64,000 nucleotides of DNA from an uncultured bacterium (GCA_965233165.1 CBDDRX010000017.1:5986-69985), one strand, 5' to 3'; counted from the first letter of the stretch, positions 36,610 through 47,123 are shown. The notes: generated by a model not told the origin, from the letters alone. Numbers and translations: made by a program.

Positions 36610-36863
36610 TTGCTGCTCCTGAGGTGAGTGGTTTCGAAAGTGGCGAACCCGGCTGCGCTGCGTTCCGGAACGATATTGCGCTTCGCACAAAAGGCACTCT
36701 AACCACCCGGTCGCGCACGATCGTTACTGCGCCGATGCCTTCAGTTTCCTTTGTAACGTCTGCGGACGCGCCAGCTTGTTCCGGGACGCTTGCCAAGGTC
36801 CGGGCATGCGGATTGCTCCACCTTCCGGGCGGAGTTTCCCGCCTTACATAAAGGAGAGCACCA

Positions 36864-37232
36864 ATGAAGAGAACGCTCGGAACCGCCCTCGCGGCGGCCC
36901 TTCTTGTCATCTCGACGACGTCGTTCGGCCAGGCCGGCGCAGGCGCCGGTCCAGGCGCAGGAGCATCGGGCGGAACCCCCGACCGCGGCACCGGCAACGT
37001 GGCGCCCCGCACGGATCACCCCGGTCCCGGGGCGAGCGGAATGTCGGCCGGGGCGGGCATGTCGCCGCGTTGCGACGGCCTGTCGGGCGCGGACCTGGAT
37101 CGATGCAGGCGCGGTTCGAATGCCAGCGGCGGCGCGAGCCGCGACACCGAGCCCAAGGACACCGGCGTTACGTCGACGAACCCGCCGGATCGCGGCGTGG
37201 AGCACAGCAAGCCGGGGCGGCGCGTGCCGTAG
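36864..37232 (+). CDS. secreted Gly/Ala/Pro-rich low-complexity protein
   Basis: RBS AAAGGAGAG, signal peptide ending SFGQA, low-complexity body with a single Cys pair (CDGLSGADLDRC). A strong terminator follows. Confidence 0.6.
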   Translation: MKRTLGTALAAALLVISTTSFGQAGAGAGPGAGASGGTPDRGTGNVAPRTDHPGPGASGMSAGAGMSPRCDGLSGADLDRCRRGSNASGGASRDTEPKDTGVTSTNPPDRGVEHSKPGRRVP

Positions 37233-37250
37233 CGCGAACGGCGTGCGCGC

Positions 37251-37286
37251 AAAAAAAGAGGCGTCCGAAGACGCCTCTTTTCGTTT
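37251..37286. terminator. bidirectional rho-independent terminator
   Basis: AAAAAAAGAGGCGTC-CGAA-GACGCCTCTTTTCGTTT. A 9-bp stem flanked by an A7 run and a T run, lying between two convergent genes. Confidence 0.8.
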
Positions 37287-37330
37287 CCTGCCGCAGCGAT
37301 CAGCCCGATGCGGTGAAGGCCTGCCGTTTC

Positions 37331-38464
37331 CTAGAAGTTGTGCCGGATGCCCAGCGAGAGCAGCCGCTGGTCTTCTCCGGCCGCCGTGCCCGAGTTCGTG
37401 CTGGCAAGGCCGCCGCCAGAGGCATTCGTGAAGAAGTCGTACGCACCGCCCGCGTTGTTGTCGAGACGCGCATATGAGAGCGACAGGTGCGTGCGCTTGG
37501 AGAGGCTGTACGCGTAGGCAGCGACCCACATCTTCGCGCCGTCGTTTACGCCCGCGGTCGACTTGTCGTCATTGGCGCGCGTGTAGTGCGCAAGCACGCT
37601 GTGCTGACCGGCCGTCCAGCGCACCGGGATAGACCAGGCGGTACGCTTGCTTACTTCCGTCCCGGCGGTTGCGCCCACTGCGGTCTTCAGCGTCGTCGTA
37701 TTCCAGATGCCGCCGACCTTGAAGGCGCCGAACTGGTAGTGGCCGTAGACGGAATTCGAACGCTGGTCCGCGGCGGCGACCGTCGCGGCCGGTGCGTCGA
37801 GCTTGCTGTCCCAGAACGTGTATCCCACGCCCCAGTTGCTCGCTCCGAACGTCGGGTTGAAGTTCCACGCCCGGCCCTTGCGCGCCGTGTTCGCGGCCGT
37901 CATGTCGGCTTCCGCGCCGGCAGCAGTGGGGTTGAACGAATACCCGGTCAGAAGCTGGAACCCGCTCCAGTTCGGAGAGAGCCACGCGACCGAGTTGTTC
38001 GTCCGCGTCGCATTGGCGACGGAAACCTTGCCACCGCCCGCGAAGTCGATCAGACCGGTCGGATGGGTCTTGAGCGGCGTGCTCAGGCCGTAGCCGTCCC
38101 AGGGCGACTTGAAGAAGTGGAAGTTATGCCGGCCAGCCGTGAAGCGGCCCGCCATGCTGGAATTGAGGCCGACGAACGACTCCCCGGACGCGGCGATGGC
38201 GCTCGTGTCCACGTTCGGCTTCACGTCCACCTTCACAATGCCCTGAAGGCCGCCGCCCAGATCTTCGGTCACGTTGAAGATGATGCTCGACGACTCGTCG
38301 TTGACCCGGCTCTCGCGGTTGACCGGCTTCGCAGGATTGTTGCTGGAGCTCAGCGAATCCACGCTCACGACGACCGCGCCGGAGATGGTCACCGACGACT
38401 GCGCCATGGCGAGCGGCGAGAACAGCGCGCCGGCCACAGCAACTGCCAGAAGTTTCTTTTGCAT
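37331..38464 (-). CDS. outer-membrane porin (Gram-negative general porin family)
   Basis: Signal peptide MQKKLLAVAVAGALFSPLAMAQ, alternating beta-strand pattern, and C-terminal LSLGIRHNF ending in Phe. Confidence 0.9.
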   Translation of the reverse strand: MQKKLLAVAVAGALFSPLAMAQSSVTISGAVVVSVDSLSSSNNPAKPVNRESRVNDESSSIIFNVTEDLGGGLQGIVKVDVKPNVDTSAIAASGESFVGLNSSMAGRFTAGRHNFHFFKSPWDGYGLSTPLKTHPTGLIDFAGGGKVSVANATRTNNSVAWLSPNWSGFQLLTGYSFNPTAAGAEADMTAANTARKGRAWNFNPTFGASNWGVGYTFWDSKLDAPAATVAAADQRSNSVYGHYQFGAFKVGGIWNTTTLKTAVGATAGTEVSKRTAWSIPVRWTAGQHSVLAHYTRANDDKSTAGVNDGAKMWVAAYAYSLSKRTHLSLSYARLDNNAGGAYDFFTNASGGGLASTNSGTAAGEDQRLLSLGIRHNF

Positions 38465-38669
38465 AAAAGGAGTTTTCCCCTCTGTTGTCCGTTATTGGCG
38501 GCGCTTTCACGCCACCCCCAAAACCCCACTTCTTTCGGGTTTGGGCAATTCTGCGGACAGCGGTGGCTTGCCAGCAACGGAAACCATGGATTTCAGGGCA
38601 TATTTCGCTAGCTTGTTGCGGACATACAACAACAGCCTGTCGCCGCCTCGCTACAACTAACTATCTGAT

Positions 38670-39461
38670 TTAACTACGTAAGAATAAAGACCTGAGGGCT
38701 TGACCGGGGTCCACGGCCCGCATGAGCGCCTCTCCGACCAGAAAGGCGTGGACGCCTCGGGCACGCATGCGTGCCACGTCCTCCGGAGCCGCGATGCCGC
38801 TCTCGGTGACCACGATCCGCCCTTCCGGAACGCGGCTGAGAAGATCGAACGTGGTCTCCAGCCGCGTCGCGAAGGTCCGCAGGTCCCGGTTGTTGATGCC
38901 GATCAGCGGCGTGGTCAGCCGTGCCGCGCGCTCGAGCTCGGCGGCGTCGTGCACCTCGACCAGCACTGCCATGCCCAGCGCCCGGGCTGCGTCCTCGAAC
39001 TCCTGCATCTGGGTCAAGGCGAGGCAGGACGCAATGAGCAGGATGCAATCGGCGCCCAGCGCCCGCGCCTCGTGAACCTGGTATGCATCGACGACGAAAT
39101 CTTTGCGCAGGACGGGCAGCGCGCAGGCGCCGCGGGCCGCCGCCAGGTGCTCGGCCGCTCCCTGGAAGAACTGGGCATCGGTGAGAACGGACAGGCACGC
39201 CGCCCCGCCCTGCTCGTAGCCGCGCGCGATCGCAGCGGGATCGAAGTCCTTGCGCAGCAGGCCCTTGGAGGGACTCGCCTTCTTGATCTCCGCGATCACG
39301 GCCGGCAATCCGGCCTCGAGCTTCGCGCGCACGGCGCCCGCGAAGTCCCGTGGCGGCGGCGCCTCGCGCGCCCGCCGCTCCATTTCCACGGGTGGCACGC
39401 GCTGCTTCGCGCCCGCGACCTCGACGCGCTTGGCGGCGAGGATCGTGTCGAGGATCGTCAC
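38670..39461 (-). CDS. trpC: indole-3-glycerol phosphate synthase
   Basis: GTG 39461 overlaps the trpD stop (GTGA). 263 aa ([12 protein letters not shown]...LRKDF...INNRDL). Confidence 0.93.
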   Translation of the reverse strand: MTILDTILAAKRVEVAGAKQRVPPVEMERRAREAPPPRDFAGAVRAKLEAGLPAVIAEIKKASPSKGLLRKDFDPAAIARGYEQGGAACLSVLTDAQFFQGAAEHLAAARGACALPVLRKDFVVDAYQVHEARALGADCILLIASCLALTQMQEFEDAARALGMAVLVEVHDAAELERAARLTTPLIGINNRDLRTFATRLETTFDLLSRVPEGRIVVTESGIAAPEDVARMRARGVHAFLVGEALMRAVDPGQALRSLFLRS

Positions 39462-40489
39462 TTCACCGCTTTCGTATAGGCGAGGAACTCGTCGAGCTTG
39501 CGCTTCGCCTCGCCGCTTTCGACTGCGCGCAATGCCCGCTCGATGCCGCCCTTCATCGAGTCGGCGAGGCCGCAGACGTAGATCGCCGCGCCCGCGTTGA
39601 GCGTCGCGATGCTGCGCGCCGGGCCCGGCCGGTTCGCCAGCACCGCGAGGAGCATGTCCTTCGACTCCTCCGCGCTCTGCACCTCGATCGCCCGGCGGTC
39701 GTACAGCTCGAGGCCGAAATCCGAGGGGTGCACGCGATACTCCTCGACCTGGCCGTTCTTCAGCTCGCCGACCAGCGTCTCGCCGGAGATTGAAAGCTCG
39801 TCCAGCCCGTCCAGGCCGTGCACCACCATCACGTGCCTGGAGCCGAGCCGCTGAAGCACCCGGACCTGGATGCCCACGAGGTCGGGGTGGAAGACGCCCA
39901 TCACCTGGTTCTTCGCCCCGGCCGGATTGGTGAGCGGGCCGAGGATGTTGAAGATCGTCCGCACCCCGAGCTCCTTGCGCACCGGCGCCGCGTGCTTCAT
40001 CGCCGAGTGGTGGGCCGGAGCGAAGAGGAATCCCAGGCCCAGCCGGTCGATGCACTCGCCGGTCTGCTGCGGGCTGAGCGCGATGTTGGCGCCCAGCGCC
40101 TCGAGCACTTCGGCGCTGCCGGAGGAGGAGGACACCGAGCGCCCCATGTGCTTGGCCACCCGCGCCCCGGCCGCGGCGGCGATGAAGGCGGCGCAGGTCG
40201 AGATATTGAACGTGTGCGCCGAATCGCCGCCCGTTCCGCAGGTATCGACGAGATGCCGCTCGTCCTTCACCTGCACGTGCGTGGCGAGCTCGCGCATGAC
40301 CTGCGCCGCGGCGGCGATCTCGCCGATCGTCTCCTTCTTCACCCGCAGGCCCATGATGAAGCCCGCGATCTGCGCGGGCGTCAGCTCGCCGCGCATGATC
40401 TGGCGCATGATGTGGAGCATCTCGTCGTGGAACACCTCGCGGTGCTCCACGGTGCGCTGGATCGCCTCCGCGATCGTGATCTGCTTCAT
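39458..40489 (-). CDS. trpD: anthranilate phosphoribosyltransferase
   Basis: 343 aa with [14 protein letters not shown] motif. Confidence 0.95.
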   Translation of the reverse strand: MKQITIAEAIQRTVEHREVFHDEMLHIMRQIMRGELTPAQIAGFIMGLRVKKETIGEIAAAAQVMRELATHVQVKDERHLVDTCGTGGDSAHTFNISTCAAFIAAAAGARVAKHMGRSVSSSSGSAEVLEALGANIALSPQQTGECIDRLGLGFLFAPAHHSAMKHAAPVRKELGVRTIFNILGPLTNPAGAKNQVMGVFHPDLVGIQVRVLQRLGSRHVMVVHGLDGLDELSISGETLVGELKNGQVEEYRVHPSDFGLELYDRRAIEVQSAEESKDMLLAVLANRPGPARSIATLNAGAAIYVCGLADSMKGGIERALRAVESGEAKRKLDEFLAYTKAVK

Positions 40490-40505
40490 GACGTCCTCCC
40501 TGCCG

Positions 40506-41074
<569 letters not shown>

Positions 41075-41078
<4 letters not shown>

Positions 41079-42610
41079 GCGGCCGCCTTTCCGGAGGCCG
41101 CTTCTGGAGCGGCGCGCCGGTGCTCCTGCGAGGCCACCTCGGCGGCCTTCAGCAGCGCGCGCGCCTTGTGCTGCGTCTCGCGCCACTCGGCGAGCGGATC
41201 GGAATCGGCCACCACGCCGGCAGCCGCCTGGACATGCAGCGTCGCCTCCCTGAGCACCGCGGTGCGGATGGCGATGGCGACGTCCATGTCGCCGTTGAAC
41301 CCCAGGTAGCCGACCGCGCCGCTGTACACCCCGCGCCGGACCGGCTCGAGCTCATCGATGATCTCCATCGCCCGGACCTTCGGCGCCCCGGTGACCGTGC
41401 CGGCGGGAAAGCTCGCGCGCAATACGTCGATCGCGTCGAGGCCTGTCTTGATGCGCCCCTCCACGTTCGACACGATGTGCATCACGTGCGAATAGCGCTC
41501 GACCACCATCTTCTCCGTCACCTTCACGCTGCCCGTCGCGGCGATCCTGCCGACGTCGTTGCGCCCTAGGTCGATCAGCATGACGTGCTCGGCGCGCTCC
41601 TTCGGGTCGGCGAGCAGCTCCTCGGCGCGGGCCGTGTCTTCTGACGGTGTCGCGCCGCGCGGCCGCGTGCCGGCAATCGGGCGCAGGGTCACGGTATCGC
41701 CGGAGAGCCGCACCAGGATCTCCGGCGAGGCGCCCACGACGTGGTGGTCGCCAAAATCGAAGTAGTACATGTAGGGCGAGGGATTCACCCCGCGTAGCGC
41801 CCGGTACAGCCCGATCGGCGGGGCGTCGAACGCGCGCGAGGTGCGCTGCGAGATCTGCACCTGCATGCAGTCGCCGGCGAAGATGTACTCCTTCGCTCGG
41901 CGCACCGCTGCGACGAACCCCTCTTCCGTGAACGTGCGGCGCAGCGGCGCCGGATCGGCCGCCTCCTCGGCGGGCTCGATGACCGCGAGCCCTTCGGGGA
42001 TGGGCGCGGCAAGCCGCGAAAGCAGTCGCGTGACGCGCTCGCGCGCGCGCGCGTAGCCATCCGCCTGCCTGGCGTCGGCGTAAACCACCACATAGAGCTT
42101 GCCGAGCACGTTATCGACGACCGCGAGCTCGTCCGACACGAGAAGCAGGACGTCGGGCGTGCCGATCGGGTCGGGCTTCGCGCTGCGCAATGCCCGCGCC
42201 TCGACGTGTTGCACCGACTCGTAGCCGAAATAGCCCACCAGGCCGCCGCCGAAGCGCAGGTTCGCCGGAAGCGGCGCGACGCGATGCCGCTTCAGCCATC
42301 CGCGCGCGTACTCGAACGGGTCTGCGTCGTCCAGCTGCTCGAGGCATACGTCGGTGCCGCGCGCGTCGCGCAGCAGGCGCCGCAGGGTCCGCCCGCGCGC
42401 CTCGATGCGCTCCGCGCAGGCAAGGCCGATGAAGGAATAGCGGCCGAACCGCTCGCCGCCGACGACGGATTCGAGGAGATAGGAATACGGGCCGCTCGCC
42501 AGCTTCAGGTAGACGGCAAGCGGGGTATAGAGATCGGCGCGAGCTTCGGCGACGACCGGAATCCGGGTATAGCCCTGCGCGGCGAGCTTCCTGAAATCGA
42601 GCTCAGTCAT
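41075..42610 (-). CDS. trpE: anthranilate synthase component I
   Basis: 511 aa with chorismate-binding domain ([20 protein letters not shown]). GGAAGG Shine-Dalgarno 7 nt upstream. Confidence 0.95.
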
Positions 42611-42716
42611 GCATCACCTTCCACTTCCCGACGAGAGAGATTCGCTGCTGCTTCGGGGAACTACGCTTGCGGCCTGGGGAAGAGCGCGCCGCCGAGCCGC
42701 ACGGAGCGCGCGAGGA

Positions 42717-42779
42717 TTAGCGGCGCCAGGGGCGCCAGCTGCGCCAGGAAAGGAGGGGGGAGGAGAGTTGGGCGATCAC
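42717..42779 (-). CDS. candidate trp leader peptide (20 codons, 3 Trp)
   Basis: GTG ATC GCC CAA CTC TCC TCC CCC CTC CTT TCC TGG CGC AGC TGG CGC CCC TGG CGC CGC TAA encodes VIAQLSSPLLSWRSWRPWRR. It lies 17 nt after the rpe stop and 106 nt before the trpE ATG. No obvious SD precedes it. Confidence 0.45.
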   Translation of the reverse strand: MIAQLSSPLLSWRSWRPWRR

Positions 42780-42795
42780 GACGGCGGAAACTATA

Positions 42796-43452
42796 TCACG
42801 CCAGTTTCGCCCGCATGTCGCGGATCACGGCGGCATAGTCCTTCGCGCCGAAGATTGCCGACCCCGCGACGAACGTGTCGGCGCCGGCGCGCGCCACCTC
42901 GGCGATGTTGTCCGCCTTGATCCCGCCGTCGACCTCGAGCCAGATGTCCTTGCCGGTCGCCGTGATGCGCTTGCGCGCCTCGGCGATCTTCGGCAGCACG
43001 CCGCGGATGAACTGCTGGCCGCCGAAGCCGGGATTCACGGACATCAGCAAAATGAGATCGAGCTTCTCCAGCGTGTAGTCGAGGTAGTCGAGAGGCGTGG
43101 CGGGATTGAAGACCAGCCCGGCCTTGCAGCCCTGCTCGCGGATCAGCGCGATCGTGCGGTCGACGTGCTCCGAGGCCTCGGGATGGAAGCTGATGATGTT
43201 GGCGCCGGCCTTGGCGAACTCCGGGATGAGGCGATCCACCGGCTTCACCATCAAATGCACGTCGAGCGGCACCTGCACGTGCGGACGCAGCGCCGCGCAC
43301 ACCAGCGGCCCCACCGTGAGGTTCGGGACGTAGTGGTTGTCCATCACGTCGAAGTGGATAAGATCCGCCCCGGCCGCAACGACCGCGCGCACCTCCTCGC
43401 CGAGGCGGGCAAAGTCCGCGGAGAGGATGCTCGGCGCGATTCGGTGCTTCAC
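42796..43452 (-). CDS. rpe: ribulose-phosphate 3-epimerase
   Basis: 218 aa ([16 protein letters not shown]...[12 protein letters not shown]). Confidence 0.95.
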   Translation of the reverse strand: MKHRIAPSILSADFARLGEEVRAVVAAGADLIHFDVMDNHYVPNLTVGPLVCAALRPHVQVPLDVHLMVKPVDRLIPEFAKAGANIISFHPEASEHVDRTIALIREQGCKAGLVFNPATPLDYLDYTLEKLDLILLMSVNPGFGGQQFIRGVLPKIAEARKRITATGKDIWLEVDGGIKADNIAEVARAGADTFVAGSAIFGAKDYAAVIRDMRAKLA

Positions 43453-43477
43453 GCCGGCGAGTTTACAATGCGGCGCA

Positions 43478-43876
43478 GTGGACGAGGAAAAGCCGGCGGA
43501 ACGAAAGGGACACGAGGTGCTGGTCAGCTCGCAAACGCAGTATCTGCCCGACCAGTCCGACGAAGCGGCCAGCCGCTACGTGTTCGCCTACACCATTACC
43601 CTGCGCAACGAGGGCACGGTCGCGGCGCAGCTCATCAGCCGCCACTGGATCATTACCGACGCGCAGGGGCTGGTCCAGGAGGTGCGCGGCCTGGGCGTGG
43701 TCGGCTCGCAGCCGCTCATCCAGCCCGGCGAGAGCTTCGAGTACACCAGCGGCGCGGCGATCGCCACGCCGGTCGGCACCATGCGCGGGACCTACCAGAT
43801 GCTCGCCCAGGACGGCACGCGCTTCGAGGCGCCGATCCCGCAGTTCACGTTGTCGGTGCCGCGCGTCCTGCACTGA
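43478..43876 (+). CDS. apaG: ApaG protein
   Basis: [14 protein letters not shown]...HWIITDA...[11 protein letters not shown] is the ApaG/DUF525 pattern. The start is uncertain: GTG 43478 is preferred, with 43517 or 43427 as alternatives. Confidence 0.8.
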   Translation: MDEEKPAERKGHEVLVSSQTQYLPDQSDEAASRYVFAYTITLRNEGTVAAQLISRHWIITDAQGLVQEVRGLGVVGSQPLIQPGESFEYTSGAAIATPVGTMRGTYQMLAQDGTRFEAPIPQFTLSVPRVLH

Positions 43877-43942
43877 AAATCAGGGACAGACCACGTTTTT
43901 CGAGCTATGCGTCAGGAAAAACGTGGTCTGTCCCTGATTTTC
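43875..43942. repeat. perfect inverted repeat with 26-bp arms and a 16-nt loop
   Basis: GAAAATCAGGGACAGACCACGTTTTT (43875-43900) and AAAAACGTGGTCTGTCCCTGATTTTC (43917-43942) are exact reverse complements. The left arm begins inside the apaG stop codon. Confidence 0.9.
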
Positions 43943-43974
43943 ATTCGGGCGGCTTCTTCGGCCAGGTGAACCAG

Positions 43975-45204
43975 ATGATGAACGCCACCAGGCCCAGGGC
44001 CAGCACCATCTCGAGGATCACCACCCACATCGCCTGGATTGTACTGGCCGGATGCGCTCAGACCGGTCCGCATCCCGAGCCCATGGGTCGCATGTCCTGT
44101 CCGGGGATGCAGCCATGCCCGGCCTGCCCGGTCTGCCCGCCGCCGAAGCCCGCGCCCGAAACCGCGCGCTACCTGGAATCCACGTTTGCCGCGCTTCCCG
44201 GGTGGAGCGCCGCTTTCGTCGAGCCGAGCTTGCGTGCGTTCGTCGCAAGCTGCCCCAGGCCCGGTGCGCTCGCGCCGGCCTGCGCGATCGCGCGCACGAT
44301 TCCTCCTGGAGACGAGCCATCGGCGCGACGCTTCTTCGAGGAAACGTTCGCGCCCTACGCGATCACCACGGGCGAAGGCATCGATTCCGGCCTCGTGACC
44401 GGCTACTACGAGCCGGTCATCGACGGCAGCCGTACCCGCACGCCGCTGCATCGCTATCCGGTCTACGGCGTGCCGGACGACCTGGTCGTGGTCGATCTCG
44501 CCTCGGTGAATCCCGATGTGCGCCACATGCGGCTGCGCGGCCGCGTCGAGGGGCGCCGGCTGGTGCCCTACGCGTCACGAGCCGAGATCGACGGCAAGGG
44601 AGACGCCTTTCCGGCGCCGATCCTCGCCTGGACCGCCGATCCGGTGGAGCTTTTCTTCCTCCAGATCCAGGGCTCGGGTCAGCTGCGGCTGGAAAACGGC
44701 GAGCGCATGCGCCTCGGCTACGCGGAGCAGAACGGCCATCCTTTCCGCTCGATGGGACGCTACCTGGTCGAGCGCGGCGAGCTGCTGCTCGAGCAGGCCT
44801 CCATGCAGGGCATCAAGGCCTGGGCGATCGCGAATCCGGCGAAGCTCCAGGAAGCGCTCAACCACAATCCCAGCTACGTGTTCTTCCGCGAGATGCCGCC
44901 CTCCGGCGCGCCGGTCGGCGCGCTCGGCGTGCCGCTCACGCCCGGCTTCAGCATCGCCGTGGACCGGCGCTTCGTGCCGCTGGGCGCGCCGGTCTATCTC
45001 GCGACGACCTATCCGCTGTCCGAGGAAAGGCTGGAGCGCCTGATGGCGGCGCAGGACACCGGCGGCGCGATCCGCGGCGCCGTGCGCGCCGACTTCTACT
45101 GGGGGACCGGGCCCGAAGCCGGCGCGTTCGCCGGCCGGATGCGGCAACAGGGAAGGATGTGGCTCCTCTGGCCGCGCGGCGAGCCGCTGCCGAAGAGCGA
45201 CTGA
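43975..45204 (+). CDS. mltA: membrane-bound lytic murein transglycosylase A
   Basis: ATG 43975. Lipobox VLAGC, an MltA domain and a 3D domain (AQDTGGAIRGAVRADFYWGTG). The 679-aa track ORF is an over-extension. Confidence 0.88.
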   Translation: MMNATRPRASTISRITTHIAWIVLAGCAQTGPHPEPMGRMSCPGMQPCPACPVCPPPKPAPETARYLESTFAALPGWSAAFVEPSLRAFVASCPRPGALAPACAIARTIPPGDEPSARRFFEETFAPYAITTGEGIDSGLVTGYYEPVIDGSRTRTPLHRYPVYGVPDDLVVVDLASVNPDVRHMRLRGRVEGRRLVPYASRAEIDGKGDAFPAPILAWTADPVELFFLQIQGSGQLRLENGERMRLGYAEQNGHPFRSMGRYLVERGELLLEQASMQGIKAWAIANPAKLQEALNHNPSYVFFREMPPSGAPVGALGVPLTPGFSIAVDRRFVPLGAPVYLATTYPLSEERLERLMAAQDTGGAIRGAVRADFYWGTGPEAGAFAGRMRQQGRMWLLWPRGEPLPKSD

Positions 45205-45212
45205 GCCGGCGG

Positions 45213-45944
45213 CTAAGGCTTTTTCGCCTGGTCGAGGAGGTCGGCGAGATCGGGCGCGGGCAGCATCCCGGCGAAGCGCTCGCCGTTCGAAAGGAAGATC
45301 GTCGGGGTGCTGTTCACGCCCAGCCCCTGCCCGAGCTCGAGCGTTTTTTCGACCGGGTTGGGACAGCCCGGCGCCGCCTCCGGCACCTTCGGGCGCGGGC
45401 CCGCCGCGAGCTCCAGCCAGGCCTTCGCCCGGTCTGCGGAGCACCAGACCGCTTTCGAGTGATCCTTGTTGGCGGGGCGGATCACCGGATACATGAAGAC
45501 GTACAGCGTCAGGTTCTCCACTTTCGCGAGCTCGCGCTCGAACTGGCGGCAGGCGGGGCAATAGGGATCGGAGAACATCGCCATCACGCGCGTGCCGTTG
45601 CCGCGCTTGATCTTGACCGCCAGGTCGAGCGGCAGCGCCTCGAAGCGGATCGCGTTCAGCTTGCGCACGCGATCCCCGGTGAGATCGCGATCGTTGCGCA
45701 CGTCGAAGATCTTGCCCTGGATCACGTACGTCCCGGTCGCGTCCACGTACACCACCTGCATGCCCTCCTGGGAACGGAAGCGCACCTCGAACAGCCCGGG
45801 AACCGGCGAGGGCTGCACCCCTTCGATGCGCGCCCCGCCGAGCTTCGGCTCGAGCGCCTTGCGGATCTGCGCCTCGTCAGCGGCGGCCGCGCTGCCGAGC
45901 AGCATGAGGAAGAAGGAGACCAGCAGGCGCAGCGTGCGGAACAT
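45213..45944 (-). CDS. DsbC/DsbG-family thiol:disulfide interchange protein
   Basis: Signal peptide, N-terminal dimerisation domain, and thioredoxin domain with a CPAC active site. Confidence 0.85.
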   Translation of the reverse strand: MFRTLRLLVSFFLMLLGSAAAADEAQIRKALEPKLGGARIEGVQPSPVPGLFEVRFRSQEGMQVVYVDATGTYVIQGKIFDVRNDRDLTGDRVRKLNAIRFEALPLDLAVKIKRGNGTRVMAMFSDPYCPACRQFERELAKVENLTLYVFMYPVIRPANKDHSKAVWCSADRAKAWLELAAGPRPKVPEAAPGCPNPVEKTLELGQGLGVNSTPTIFLSNGERFAGMLPAPDLADLLDQAKKP

Positions 45945-45959
45945 TTTTTCTCCAGGCGC

Positions 45960-47123
45960 TCAGCGCATCGCGTGGCGCATGAGCAGGTTCTTTAGGACCG
46001 GCAGGCGCCCGGTCAGGTTCAATCCGGCGTTGCGCAGCCGCGCGGCAGGGGCGGCCGGCGCGCCGAACACCCTGAAGAGCCCGTCGACCAGGAAGTCCAT
46101 CGCGAGTATAGGCTCAGCGCGGGCGCGCTCGTAGCGGCGCAGCAGCGCCAGATCCCCGGGATCCTGCTCCGGCGCGCGGCCGCCGAGCACCTGCGCCAGC
46201 TCGCGCACGTCCTGGAGCCCGACGTTCAAGCCCTGCCCGGCAAGCGGATGGATCACGTGCGCCGCGTCGCCGACCAGCGCCACGCGCGGCGCGACGAGCC
46301 GGCGCGCGGCGAGACGCCGCAGCGGATAGCGTCGCGGCGGCGTATCGAGCGCGAACGCGCCCAGCACCCCGTTCGTGGCGCGCTCGAGCTCGGCGCACCA
46401 TTCATCCGGCGCGAGCGAGAGCCGTCGCTCCGCGTCCGCGGCGGGCATCGACCAGATCATCGAGACGCGCTCCTGCGGAAGCGGCAGCAGGGCGAGCACC
46501 GGCCCCGCCTGGAACCACTGGTAGGCGGTGTGCCGGTGCGGCTTCTCGCAGCGGAAATTGGCCACGACGGCGGCCTGGCCGTACTGCGATTCGCGCGCCG
46601 GGATGGCCGCGGCTTCCCGTACGCGCGAGCGTGCCCCGTCGGCGCCGACCACGAGCCGCCCTCTCAGCTCCGACCCGTCCGCGAGTCTCACCCGCGCGCC
46701 CGCGGGCTGCACGTCCACCCCGGCGACGGCCGCGTGGAAGACCTGCACGTCCTCGGCGGCCTGCACCGATCGCGCGAGCGCCGCCTGCAGCGCCCGATCC
46801 TCCACGGTCCATGCGAGCTCCGGCACGCCGGCGCGGTAGGCGTCGAACGTCAGCTCGGAGCCCGGCTGGTCGCCGAACACCCGCATCGCGTGCACAGGCG
46901 TCAGGCGCTCCGCCGGGACGCCTTGCCAGGCGCGCAGCCCCTGCAGGAACTTCACGTTTCCCGGACTGATGGCGTAGACGCGCGCATCGAAGCCGCCCTC
47001 GACCGCCGGAGCCGCGGCCCTGGTAACGACGGCGATGCGGGCGCCGCGAACGGCGCGCGCCAAGGCCAGTCCGACCGGACCGCCCCCGGCGATGATCAGG
47101 TCCCAATCCAGGATATGAACCAC
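45960..47123 (-). CDS. UbiH/UbiF/VisC/COQ6-family FAD-dependent ubiquinone biosynthesis hydroxylase
   Basis: 387 aa. FAD motif IIAGGGPVGLALA and the family motif GDAAHVIHPLAGQGLN. Confidence 0.85.
   Translation of the reverse strand: MVHILDWDLIIAGGGPVGLALARAVRGARIAVVTRAAAPAVEGGFDARVYAISPGNVKFLQGLRAWQGVPAERLTPVHAMRVFGDQPGSELTFDAYRAGVPELAWTVEDRALQAALARSVQAAEDVQVFHAAVAGVDVQPAGARVRLADGSELRGRLVVGADGARSRVREAAAIPARESQYGQAAVVANFRCEKPHRHTAYQWFQAGPVLALLPLPQERVSMIWSMPAADAERRLSLAPDEWCAELERATNGVLGAFALDTPPRRYPLRRLAARRLVAPRVALVGDAAHVIHPLAGQGLNVGLQDVRELAQVLGGRAPEQDPGDLALLRRYERARAEPILAMDFLVDGLFRVFGAPAAPAARLRNAGLNLTGRLPVLKNLLMRHAMR

Noticed and set aside
38465-38669. The lower-GC 205-bp spacer between trpC and the porin gene, considered as a possible sRNA or the missing half of the EAL gene.
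   Set aside because: No EAL-like translation appears in any frame. There is only a short hairpin (TTGTTG-N8-CAACAA) without a U tract. It is most simply the porin promoter and 5' UTR region.
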